From positions 160,001 through 224,000 of the forward strand of contig JBDREQ010000073.1 in the NCBI GenBank assembly GCA_043819555.1: a stretch of DNA of 64,000 nucleotides, written 5' to 3'. Within the stretch, counting starts at the first letter, position 1. Every line of letters starts with the position of its first letter. This document shows, in pieces, positions 37,937-45,680 of the stretch. Both the position numbers and the translations under genes were made by a program. The notes under the pieces are model-generated. The model worked only from the letters and a program-made list of their open reading frames with translations, did no database searches and had not been told where the DNA came from. Origin of the DNA: Candidatus Zixiibacteriota bacterium (lineage in GTDB: Bacteria > Zixibacteria > MSB-5A5 > GN15 > JAAZOE01).

Positions 37937-39367
37937 ATGGTACGATTCAATATGATTCTATCCATTGCGATTTTAGCACTGGTAAATATTTCCGGAGCGA
38001 CTGGCAATTCTATGACGTTTATCACTGATTATGCTTCTTTTGCCGATGTGGCGGAAATGCGGCCCTACATTGAAATATATTGCGAGCTAAATCGCGACGA
38101 GTTAGGTTTTATCGGTTCTGATACGAGCGATTATCTATATGCCGGTGTTTATCTCTCGGCGATTGCGTATGATGAATCAGGCGATCCGCAGGATTCTGCG
38201 TCGACCTATTTTCTTAGCCGGGTAAAAAACCGCGAAGAGAGCCAAAAACGAGGGATACAGCTTTTTGATTTATTGGGTCTGCATTTGGCGCCCGGGCGCT
38301 ATCGAATTATATGTTCGGCCATTGATAATGTCTCCAAAAAATCCAGCCAGAATACAATTGTTGCCGAAATTCCGGATTATTTTTTACCGGGCCTGAGATG
38401 CAGTGATCTGCAGGTGGCATTTGAGATACACTCATTTAATGTTGATGATGATTCTCCTGTTAATAAAAGATTAATTAAACAGGACCGGTTAATTATTCCA
38501 AATCCGACCGGTCAATATCAGATCCACCTGAACAAACATATTTGGGTGTATGCCGAGCTCTACGGTCTGTCATTTGAGGGAGAATCCGTTCCTTCCGAAA
38601 ATAAAAAGTTTTTGACAAATTACTCCCTAAAAGACATGAATGGAAATTTAATTCATGATTTCGGCGGGCAGGCCAAGGATAAACCCGGAACTTCAGCTGT
38701 TGTCGTAAACTGTCTGGAACTGCCGTCAATTCCGACAGGGGATTATCATTTGGTTTTTGATGTCACCGATCCGGGCGCCGGTTCAAAAACACTGGCATCC
38801 AAAGCGATTTCAATAATTGCGTCCGAACTGGCGCAAAAGCAATATTCAATTGAAGATATTGAACTGATGAGAAATATAGCGTATTATCATCTTTCGGAGG
38901 CCGAAAAAATCCAGATTGATAAATTATCAATCGAAGGTAAAAGGAATTTTATTCAACAGTTCTGGCGGACACAGGATGATGATCCATCGGACGCGAAAAA
39001 TCCGGTATATGAAGAAGCGGTTCGGAGATTTGTCTATGCCAATGAGATGTTTTCAACGCGAACCGATATCAGGGACGGTTGGACGACCGACCGTGGCCGG
39101 ATTTATATTACTTATGGTCCTTATAATGAATCTGAAACGGTTGAAATGGAGGGCCGCAACTATCCATATCGAAAATGGACCTATTACAATCTGGACGGCC
39201 GCAGAATATTCGTATTTGTCAATGATTTTAAGGCTCAGGTCGGCGATTACCGATTGGTTCATTCGACACATCCAAGGGAAAAATATGATCCCGTTTGGGA
39301 GCAGATTCTGAATGAGAAAGACGATACCAATAGCGATTGGCGTGATACAAGAGACAGTGATTGGTAG
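37937..39367 (+). CDS. exported GWxTD-domain protein
   Basis: FW...D.DP....N.......RF.YANE.F....DGWTTDRGRIYITYGP, W.Y, DYRLVHST. Confidence 0.9.
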   Translation: MVRFNMILSIAILALVNISGATGNSMTFITDYASFADVAEMRPYIEIYCELNRDELGFIGSDTSDYLYAGVYLSAIAYDESGDPQDSASTYFLSRVKNREESQKRGIQLFDLLGLHLAPGRYRIICSAIDNVSKKSSQNTIVAEIPDYFLPGLRCSDLQVAFEIHSFNVDDDSPVNKRLIKQDRLIIPNPTGQYQIHLNKHIWVYAELYGLSFEGESVPSENKKFLTNYSLKDMNGNLIHDFGGQAKDKPGTSAVVVNCLELPSIPTGDYHLVFDVTDPGAGSKTLASKAISIIASELAQKQYSIEDIELMRNIAYYHLSEAEKIQIDKLSIEGKRNFIQQFWRTQDDDPSDAKNPVYEEAVRRFVYANEMFSTRTDIRDGWTTDRGRIYITYGPYNESETVEMEGRNYPYRKWTYYNLDGRRIFVFVNDFKAQVGDYRLVHSTHPREKYDPVWEQILNEKDDTNSDWRDTRDSDW

Positions 39368-39400
39368 AATACTTGCACAAAAATATGTTTATGATTTCAG

Positions 39401-39427
39401 GAACCGGCGATAGCGCCGGTTCTTTTT
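39401..39427. terminator. intrinsic terminator between convergent genes
   Basis: GAACCGGCG-ATAG-CGCCGGTTC then TTTTT. Confidence 0.8.
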
Positions 39428-39438
39428 ATTTATTCGCT

Positions 39439-39798
39439 TTACTTTTCTGATTCAGATTCGCATCCGGAATCGGTATTACATCCTTTGCAATCATGCCCCG
39501 AGGGTTTCTCCTTAGTCGCAACAACAAATCCCCTGCGATCAGGTCCTTCATCTATGAAGTCAATGGCGACGCCACCAAATTGCTGCAACTGCTCCACTAA
39601 AGCAGGATGCATGAATACATCTATGCCGTTGGAATTGAAGTTGCTCAGACTATCTTCGGGCTCATCCAGAGCCAAACCCAAAACGGGTCCGCTTCAACCA
39701 TACCCCATAAAATTGACAAATAAACTTTTCCCCTTGGCGTTATCGGACTGCAAAACTTTATTAAGCTCCACAGATGCAAGTTCTGAGATGGTTACCAT
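39439..39798 (-). CDS. HesB/IscA-like selenoprotein (Sec35, TGA at 39696-39694), 119 aa
   Basis: ATG 39798 with GGGAGA RBS; MVTISELASVELNKVL...FMGYG-U-SGPVLGLALDEP...NGI.VF...CKGC....GC; TGA in frame with the 39439-39681 ORF at the IscA GC position. Confidence 0.88.
39659..39693 (-). other. candidate bacterial SECIS element(s) of HesB-like gene
   Basis: Immediately 3' of UGA: GGACCC-GUUUU-GGGUUU hairpin and GGCUC-UGGAU-GAGCC hairpin. Confidence 0.5.
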
Positions 39799-39869
39799 CC
39801 AATTCTCCCGGTTCTATGTTGGCCTTCCTTCGGCCAATTGCTGGTCGTCATTTATATTTTTAGAAACGC

Positions 39870-39898
39870 ATTATAGTATATTTTTGTGCCTGCGTAAA
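39870..39898 (-). promoter_or_regulatory. sigma70 promoter of HesB-like gene
   Basis: Minus strand TTTACG-N17-TATAAT. Confidence 0.55.
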
Positions 39899-39902
39899 GA
39901 AC

Positions 39903-39932
39903 AAAAAAAAACCGCCGAAAAAATCGGCGGCT
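39903..39932 (-). terminator. intrinsic terminator after DUF1573 selenoprotein gene
   Basis: Minus strand CCGCCGA-TTTTT-TCGGCGG then T9. Confidence 0.85.
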
Positions 39933-39954
39933 GTAATTTGCACTCGGAATTTAT

Positions 39955-40695
39955 TTACTGTGAACCGACACTGCCGGCTTGAGCTTTTTTGCCTCCAATT
40001 AATCGCCTGATTATAGGAACCGAAAAACGCGTCTTGGTCGGATCATTAAGCTCCAATGTGATTGATTTTTCAAAACTCTGATTGAGGTGATCCTCATTGA
40101 CCTTGATTTTGCATTCAGCCGTTTCGCCGGCTTTTACTTCATCCGGCAAATAAATTTGTAAATAACCGTAAGGTTCACTTACGATTTTCAATTCCAAATC
40201 TTCGTCTGAAACATTAGTTACCGTAAATTTGGCCTCATCAACCTCGACTTCACCGGCTCGTGAAACGTAAATCCGATATGGCTTAAACACTACCGGATAA
40301 GTTGAGTCAGGTTGCCGTACAGAATGAACGCTAATGGTAACCCGCTTGGTGGGCGGGCCTTCATTAGTAGAAATGGCGGGGCGTTTACTCGCCGGCCCAA
40401 CTTTTTGACCGGTTGAATAAATAATTTCCAATTCAGTGCTGTCGCCGACAGCAAGCTCCTTCTTTGTTAACGGAGCCTTGGTGCAGCCTCAGCCAGGCTT
40501 TACGTCTAATATCTTCAGCGAATCATCCCCAACCGATTTAATCCAGAATACATGGGATACTTTGCAATCCTGGGGCACAAACCCAAAATCAAATGAGGTT
40601 TCGGGAAGAAGCATTTTCGGCACTGCCATTGCCTGTGAAGATATGAGAGCCATTAAGAGGATTGTTAAGAAAACACTAATCAATAATTTGCGCAT
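39955..40695 (-). CDS. exported DUF1573 selenoprotein (Sec69, TGA at 40491-40489; PG-U-G-C-T), 246 aa
   Basis: ORFs 40489-40695 and 39955-40431 are in frame, joined by 19 sense codons after a single TGA; FDFG.VPQ...VSHVF..K..G...L.I..VKPGUGCT; GGAGGA RBS. Confidence 0.88.
40452..40480 (-). other. candidate bacterial SECIS element of DUF1573 gene
   Basis: CAAGGCUCC-(GUUAACAAAGAA)-GGAGCUUG, loop starts with G 17 nt after UGA. Confidence 0.55.
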
Positions 40696-40738
40696 TTATC
40701 CTCCATTTTAGTATATAAGTCATCAGCCTATTATATTG

Positions 40739-40765
40739 TCATCGGCGCGATAAGTTTCAAATTTA
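40739..40765 (-). promoter_or_regulatory. sigma28/FliA-like promoter of DUF1573 selenoprotein gene
   Basis: Minus strand TAAA-N15-GCCGATGA, 43 nt upstream of ATG. Confidence 0.65.
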
Positions 40766-40788
40766 TCAATTCGAACCAATTTGTTAAA

Positions 40789-40816
40789 AATCTAATACTT
40801 TTCAACCGTATGTCAA
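40789..40816 (-). promoter_or_regulatory. sigma70-like promoter
   Basis: Minus strand TTGACA-N16-TAGATT. Confidence 0.45.
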
Positions 40817-40880
40817 GGAATATACGAATTCATTTTGGAATTCGTTTTATACATATTCCATTATTTTATGTCTCTATATA

Positions 40881-40908
40881 TAGACGCTTATAACTTAATC
40901 TTGGTTAC
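40881..40908 (-). promoter_or_regulatory. ECF-sigma-like promoter
   Basis: Minus strand GTAACC-N16-CGTCTA. Confidence 0.5.
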
Positions 40909-41059
40909 GCTCAAAATTCACTCATACTCCAATATAGTTGTAATTATTCGACTCGTTTCCAGCAATAATCTAATCCCTTGAAATCGTATAATTTAAAATT
41001 CCGTATCACAAATTAATATCACATTCTGTACTTTTTTCAAATATCTTCCGATTATATGA

Positions 41060-41088
41060 TTGACAACTGCACGAATGGGCAGTATAAG
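41060..41088 (+). promoter_or_regulatory. lexA promoter with palindromic operator in the spacer
   Basis: TTGACA-N17-TATAAG; spacer holds ACTGC-ACGAATGG-GCAGT. Confidence 0.6.
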
Positions 41089-41122
41089 GTAGTAGAATAA
41101 AGCCTGTTTTTCAGGAGGATAA

Positions 41123-41743
41123 ATGGCTGACAAAAACAAACTAACCAGACGGCAACAACAGATACTTGATTTTATCGAGGAAATGGTCAATATCTCCGGT
41201 TTGCCGCCAACTATCAGAGAAATTGGTCTCAAGTTCAGTATTGCCTCAACCAATGGCGTCAGATCGATCCTGAGCGCTCTTGAAAAGAAAGGATATATAC
41301 ATCGCCAAAAATTGGTCTCGCGCGGAATCGAGCTGATCAAGCGATCGCCGATTATGTTTAATCGCATCCCAATTGTCGGCTCAGTTCCGGCCGGATTGCC
41401 AATAACAGCTATTGAGAATCGCGAGGGGGAAATGGCCGTTGATACAGCATTTTTACCCAACGATAAGGTGTTTTGTCTGAGAGTTAAAGGTGAGTCAATG
41501 ATAAACGCCGGTATATTTGATGGAGATTTTGTACTGGTCGATAAAAATATCGATCCCCTGAAAGGCGATATTGTTGTGGCCGTTATCGGCGAAGAAGCAA
41601 CGGTCAAAAAGTTCTATCCGGAGAAAAGACGTGTCCGCCTTGAGCCTCAAAACGAAGCTTTTGGACCAATTATTGTCGATAGTAATACTCCGGGATTCTA
41701 TATCGCCGGCCGGGTTGTGGGATTGATGAGACGCATGAGATAA
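41123..41743 (+). CDS. lexA: SOS repressor LexA
   Basis: LTRRQQQILDFI..G.PPTIREIG, AL.KKGYI.R, VPAG cleavage site, GESM (Ser), ATVKK (Lys). Confidence 0.97.
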   Translation: MADKNKLTRRQQQILDFIEEMVNISGLPPTIREIGLKFSIASTNGVRSILSALEKKGYIHRQKLVSRGIELIKRSPIMFNRIPIVGSVPAGLPITAIENREGEMAVDTAFLPNDKVFCLRVKGESMINAGIFDGDFVLVDKNIDPLKGDIVVAVIGEEATVKKFYPEKRRVRLEPQNEAFGPIIVDSNTPGFYIAGRVVGLMRRMR

Positions 41744-41916
41744 TACAGACATTTTTAGTTCTGTAGCGTTTTTTAAGATAGTTTTTCATTTTCATATTTG
41801 CACTTTTGCAGAATTAAGGCAGTCCAGATGTATAAATATGCCGTGCTTGTAATGCTATTATTAATAATTAGTAAGAGCTTGTTATTAAACTATTACTTTA
41901 TGTGAAGCGAGGGGAT

Positions 41917-42165
41917 ATGTATCAGGATATGGACGAACCTATTGAGGTCGTTGTGTTATTTCAGAACAACAAAATGAAGCCTTCCCGGTTTCGCTGGAAC
42001 GGTACCGTGTACAAAATTGCTGAAGTAACCGGCGACTGGAAAACTGACGTAGGGGCGTATCGTATTCGCCATTTCGCGGTGGTTGATTCGTCGTCTAATT
42101 TTTATCAATTGTCGTACGACGAACGCAAAACCAGTTGGGTTATCAGTAAAATCTGGGTGGAATAG
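41917..42165 (+). CDS. small protein, DUF6504-like, abutting dinB
   Basis: EPIEV.......P..F.W.G..Y.I..V...W......F.V......Y.L.YD.....W.I..IW; GAGGGG RBS before ATG 41917. Confidence 0.7.
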   Translation: MYQDMDEPIEVVVLFQNNKMKPSRFRWNGTVYKIAEVTGDWKTDVGAYRIRHFAVVDSSSNFYQLSYDERKTSWVISKIWVE

Positions 42166-43377
42166 ATGATAGATTATTCTCCTGTCATAGCTCATGTTGA
42201 CATGGACGCGTTTTTCGCAGCTGTGGAAACCCGGAACAATCCCCACTTAAAGGGAAAACCGGTTATTGTCGGTGGCGGAATCGGGCCGCGGGGAGTTGTC
42301 TCAACCTGCTCTTATGAAGCCCGGAAGTATGGTGTCCATTCAGGGATGTCGGCCGTGCAGGCAAGAAAACTATGTCCGAAGGGAATTTTTATATCCGCCG
42401 GATTGAGAGGATATGTGTACGCTTCCGCATATCTCCAGAAAATATATGAATCATATTCGCCTCTGGTGCAGCCAATCAGCATTGACGAAGCTTTCCTCGA
42501 TATAACCGGAGCAGATCGTTTGTACGATGGACCGGTGGAATTGATCCAGAAAATGAAAAATGAAATCTGGGAGAAAATGAAATTGACCTGCTCGGTTGGT
42601 ATTGCCCCGACAAGATATCTGGCCAAACTATCATCGGGAATAAATAAACCGAACGGCTTGACCGTTATGAACCAGGAGAAATTTAAAGAAGTATTTTATT
42701 CCAAACCGGTGGATGCATTGTGGGGCATCGGCGAAAGCACCAAAAAAACACTGGCCCGGGAAAATATCCATACTGTTGCTGACCTGGCCGCGACTGATTC
42801 GAAAATTCTACATAGAATATTCGGTAAGAACGGAGACACCTTATCAATTATGTCCCGTGGAACAGATAACGGTCAAGTTATGCGCTATGAAGATGTGCCT
42901 CACGATAAATCAATGTCGCATGAGACGACTCTTAGAGTAGATATTTATGACCCAACAATTATCAAGGCAACGCTATTGTGGCTTTCGGATAAAGTCGCTC
43001 GAAGGATGCGACGACACGGCTATGTTGGATGTACGATCTCGGTTAAAATTCGTTCATCAGATTTTACTACGATTACAAGAGCCCACACTCTAAGAAGACC
43101 GACTGACCGGTGTGATATTATTTTTCATAATGCCGTAAAGCTGATTCCCAAAGAATACGGGATGAAATATAAAGTACGATTATTGGGGGTACGCGCATCT
43201 CAATTAAAAAAAATCAAATCTTCATCAGGAAATGATATTAATTCCGATTTGATGTCTCAATATGAACTGATTCTCGATAACCGTGAAGAAAAATACAAGA
43301 AACTGACAGGAGCGATGGATAATATCCGCGATAAATACGGTGAGCATATAATTAAGCTGGCCGGTTCGATGCGTTGA
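42166..43377 (+). CDS. dinB: DNA polymerase IV
   Basis: HVDMDAFFAAVE, RGVVSTCSYEAR.YGV.SGM, SIDEAFLD, CSVGIAP..YLAKL.S...KPNG, LWGIG, VRLLGV. Confidence 0.96.
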   Translation: MIDYSPVIAHVDMDAFFAAVETRNNPHLKGKPVIVGGGIGPRGVVSTCSYEARKYGVHSGMSAVQARKLCPKGIFISAGLRGYVYASAYLQKIYESYSPLVQPISIDEAFLDITGADRLYDGPVELIQKMKNEIWEKMKLTCSVGIAPTRYLAKLSSGINKPNGLTVMNQEKFKEVFYSKPVDALWGIGESTKKTLARENIHTVADLAATDSKILHRIFGKNGDTLSIMSRGTDNGQVMRYEDVPHDKSMSHETTLRVDIYDPTIIKATLLWLSDKVARRMRRHGYVGCTISVKIRSSDFTTITRAHTLRRPTDRCDIIFHNAVKLIPKEYGMKYKVRLLGVRASQLKKIKSSSGNDINSDLMSQYELILDNREEKYKKLTGAMDNIRDKYGEHIIKLAGSMR

Positions 43378-43435
43378 CTATTTTATCTATTTTGTCCTCT
43401 TTTTTCATTTTTCCACATTCTCTCCTCTGATTCCC

Positions 43436-43464
43436 TTGATTTTATCACTCAAATGTTTTATAAT
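43436..43464 (+). promoter_or_regulatory. sigma70 promoter
   Basis: TTGATT-N17-TATAAT. Confidence 0.6.
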
Positions 43465-43499
43465 TTTTACACAGTCAATTGCAAAACGCGGGTGTTATT

Positions 43500-44726
43500 A
43501 TGAAAACCATAACCGAAGAAAAATTGAAAGAAAATAAAATGAGTTCTATCGAAAAATGGGGTGTCACGTCCCACGTCCTCACGCTGGAAAGTTCAATTAT
43601 AAGAGAAATTCTCAAACTATCATCTCAACCCGGTGTAATTTCATTTGCCGGCGGATTACCATCCCCCGACATGTTTCCCGAAGAAGACCTTAAAGAAGCT
43701 GCCATTCGAGCCTACGACAATCATCATGACGCCGCTCTCCAATATTCTTTTTCTATGGGCGTTCCTGCCTTTAGGGAAATCATTGCCGAGTATTCCGGTC
43801 GGCAAATTCCGGAATTGATAGCTGATAACATTATCATTACCTCCGGCTCTCAGCAAGGGCTTGATCTGGTCGGACGCGTGTTCCTTGACCCTGGCGATTA
43901 TATCATTTGCGAATCTCCAACATATGTTGGAGCCCTTCAGGCATTTAATTTTTACCAGGCCCGATATGCCACGATCGATATGGATGAATATGGGATGCTT
44001 GTCGATCAACTTGAGGAAAAAATCAAGAAATATAATCCCAAGTTTATCTATGTTGTTCCGAATTTCCAGAACCCCTCCGGAATATCGATGTCTCTCAAAC
44101 GGCGAGTGCAGCTGATTGAAATTGCTAACCGCCATAATATCCCTATTATTGATGATAATCCTTACGGCGATTTGAGGTTTGAAGGTGAACCGTTGCCTTC
44201 ACTAAGAGCCCTGGGTGGAGATACGGTTATTTCCCTTTCTACATTTTCAAAAATTTGTGCCCCCGGATATAGAATAGCCTGGTTGATTGCTCCAGCTGGT
44301 ATTATGAAGATTTTTGAACGAGTGAAACAATGTTGCGATCTCCATACCAGCACTTTCGGACAGATGGTACTTCTTGAATACATGAAAATGAATAAACTCG
44401 ACAGCCATATTCAAAAGATTTGTGAATGCTATAAACACCGGAGGGATGTTATGGTGTCAGCTATTCATGAACACTTTCCCGACGAAGCAAGATTTGTTGT
44501 ACCCCAGGGTGGGTTATTCCTCTGGATGACACTTCCAAACGGGATGTCGGGTAAAGAGCTTTTGACAAAAGCCGTTGAGGCGAAAGTAGCCTATGTTTAT
44601 GGCTCGCCGTTTTTCCCCAACGGCGGGGGAGAAGATACCCTTCGTTTGAATTTTTCGAATGCGTCCGATGATATGATTTCTGAAGGTATAAAACGATTAG
44701 GGCGCATCATTAAAGAGAATATGTGA
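43500..44726 (+). CDS. PLP-dependent class I aminotransferase (LysN/2-aminoadipate transaminase-like)
   Basis: SIIREILK...ISFAGGLP, TSGSQQGLD, ESPTY.GA, PNFQNPSG, DDNPY, STFSK..APG.R; start could be 43539. Confidence 0.9.
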   Translation: MKTITEEKLKENKMSSIEKWGVTSHVLTLESSIIREILKLSSQPGVISFAGGLPSPDMFPEEDLKEAAIRAYDNHHDAALQYSFSMGVPAFREIIAEYSGRQIPELIADNIIITSGSQQGLDLVGRVFLDPGDYIICESPTYVGALQAFNFYQARYATIDMDEYGMLVDQLEEKIKKYNPKFIYVVPNFQNPSGISMSLKRRVQLIEIANRHNIPIIDDNPYGDLRFEGEPLPSLRALGGDTVISLSTFSKICAPGYRIAWLIAPAGIMKIFERVKQCCDLHTSTFGQMVLLEYMKMNKLDSHIQKICECYKHRRDVMVSAIHEHFPDEARFVVPQGGLFLWMTLPNGMSGKELLTKAVEAKVAYVYGSPFFPNGGGEDTLRLNFSNASDDMISEGIKRLGRIIKENM

Positions 44727-44753
44727 TGAGCAACAGGTATATTTAAACTAAAC

Positions 44754-44782
44754 AAAAAACCCGTCTAAAGGCGGGTTTTTTT
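44754..44782 (+). terminator. intrinsic terminator
   Basis: AAAAAACCCGTCT-AA-AGGCGGGTTTTTT. Confidence 0.85.
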
Positions 44783-44820
44783 ATACCCAAATTCTGTTTT
44801 TGTCGCTATCATTGGCAAGT

Positions 44821-45660
44821 ATGAAGAAGCCATTTTCAAAATACCAGGCTCTTGGAAACAGTTTTCTAGTATTTGATGAGGTTTTTATCAAGGGCATAGA
44901 CAAAAAATACGAGTCATTGGCATTGGAAATCTGTGATAAAACGCACGGTATCGGCGCTGATGGTTTATTGATTTTATCAAAACGGCAGGGGGCCTATCGG
45001 GTTGATATTTATAACGCTGATGGAAGCTGGGCCGAAAAATCGGGCAATGGTTCGCGCATTGCGGCCATGCATTTATCTAATTCCAAATTAGTTTTAGACA
45101 CGTCGTTTGAATTAATTACAGGATCGGGAGTATCTCATATCAAACTATTTACGGGCAATAGCCAAAAGCGTATTATTTCCGCGACTTTGGGCGTACCTGA
45201 TTTTAACGCCAAAAGCATTCCTGTCGCTTCAAATAATAAATTCTTTATCAATCAAACGATTCATTGCTTTAATCGAGCATATATTGCTTCCGCGGTATCA
45301 GTGGGAAATCCTCATTTGATTTTGTTTTGCGATGATTTCGATTTTGACTGGCAAACCATTGGCTCCGAACTTGAATCTCATCCTATGTTTCCCAATCGGG
45401 TCAACATCGGCTTTGTTAAAATAATTGATGAGGCCAATATTGAAATTCGGGATTATGAACGAGGCGTTGGTCCGACCGAATCATCGGGTACCGGGGCCGC
45501 AGCAGCAGTGGCGATTTCGGTTATGCGCGGGTTTACGGATAGAAAAGCCAGCGTACATTCCCAGGCCGGCGTTTTGCAGGTTTACTGGGATAATAAGTCA
45601 GATGAATTATCGATTAAAGGATCAGTAGAATTTATTTTTTCCGGTGAGTATGAAATCTAA
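44821..45660 (+). CDS. dapF: diaminopimelate epimerase-fold protein with Ser/Ser in place of catalytic Cys/Cys
   Basis: FSKYQALGNSF, GIGADGL, YNADGS.AEKSGNG, VSVGNPH, HP.FP.RVN, ERGVGPTESSGTGA. Confidence 0.8.
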   Translation: MKKPFSKYQALGNSFLVFDEVFIKGIDKKYESLALEICDKTHGIGADGLLILSKRQGAYRVDIYNADGSWAEKSGNGSRIAAMHLSNSKLVLDTSFELITGSGVSHIKLFTGNSQKRIISATLGVPDFNAKSIPVASNNKFFINQTIHCFNRAYIASAVSVGNPHLILFCDDFDFDWQTIGSELESHPMFPNRVNIGFVKIIDEANIEIRDYERGVGPTESSGTGAAAAVAISVMRGFTDRKASVHSQAGVLQVYWDNKSDELSIKGSVEFIFSGEYEI

Positions 45661-45680
45661 TACCGGTACTGGATTTTGGG

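Noticed and set aside
39485..39982. 165-aa plus-strand ORF
   Set aside because: Antisense shadow of the HesB-like selenoprotein, crossing a terminator; no recognisable motif
39439..40695. Pseudogenes (nonsense mutations) or genetic code 4/25 as explanation for the in-frame TGAs
   Set aside because: Both TGAs fall exactly on conserved Cys positions with 3' hairpins, and many ordinary genes here (pilO, pilB, dinB, CBS-like, lolA) terminate at TGA, so neither decay nor global reassignment fits
40993..41607. 204-aa minus-strand ORF
   Set aside because: Antisense shadow of lexA
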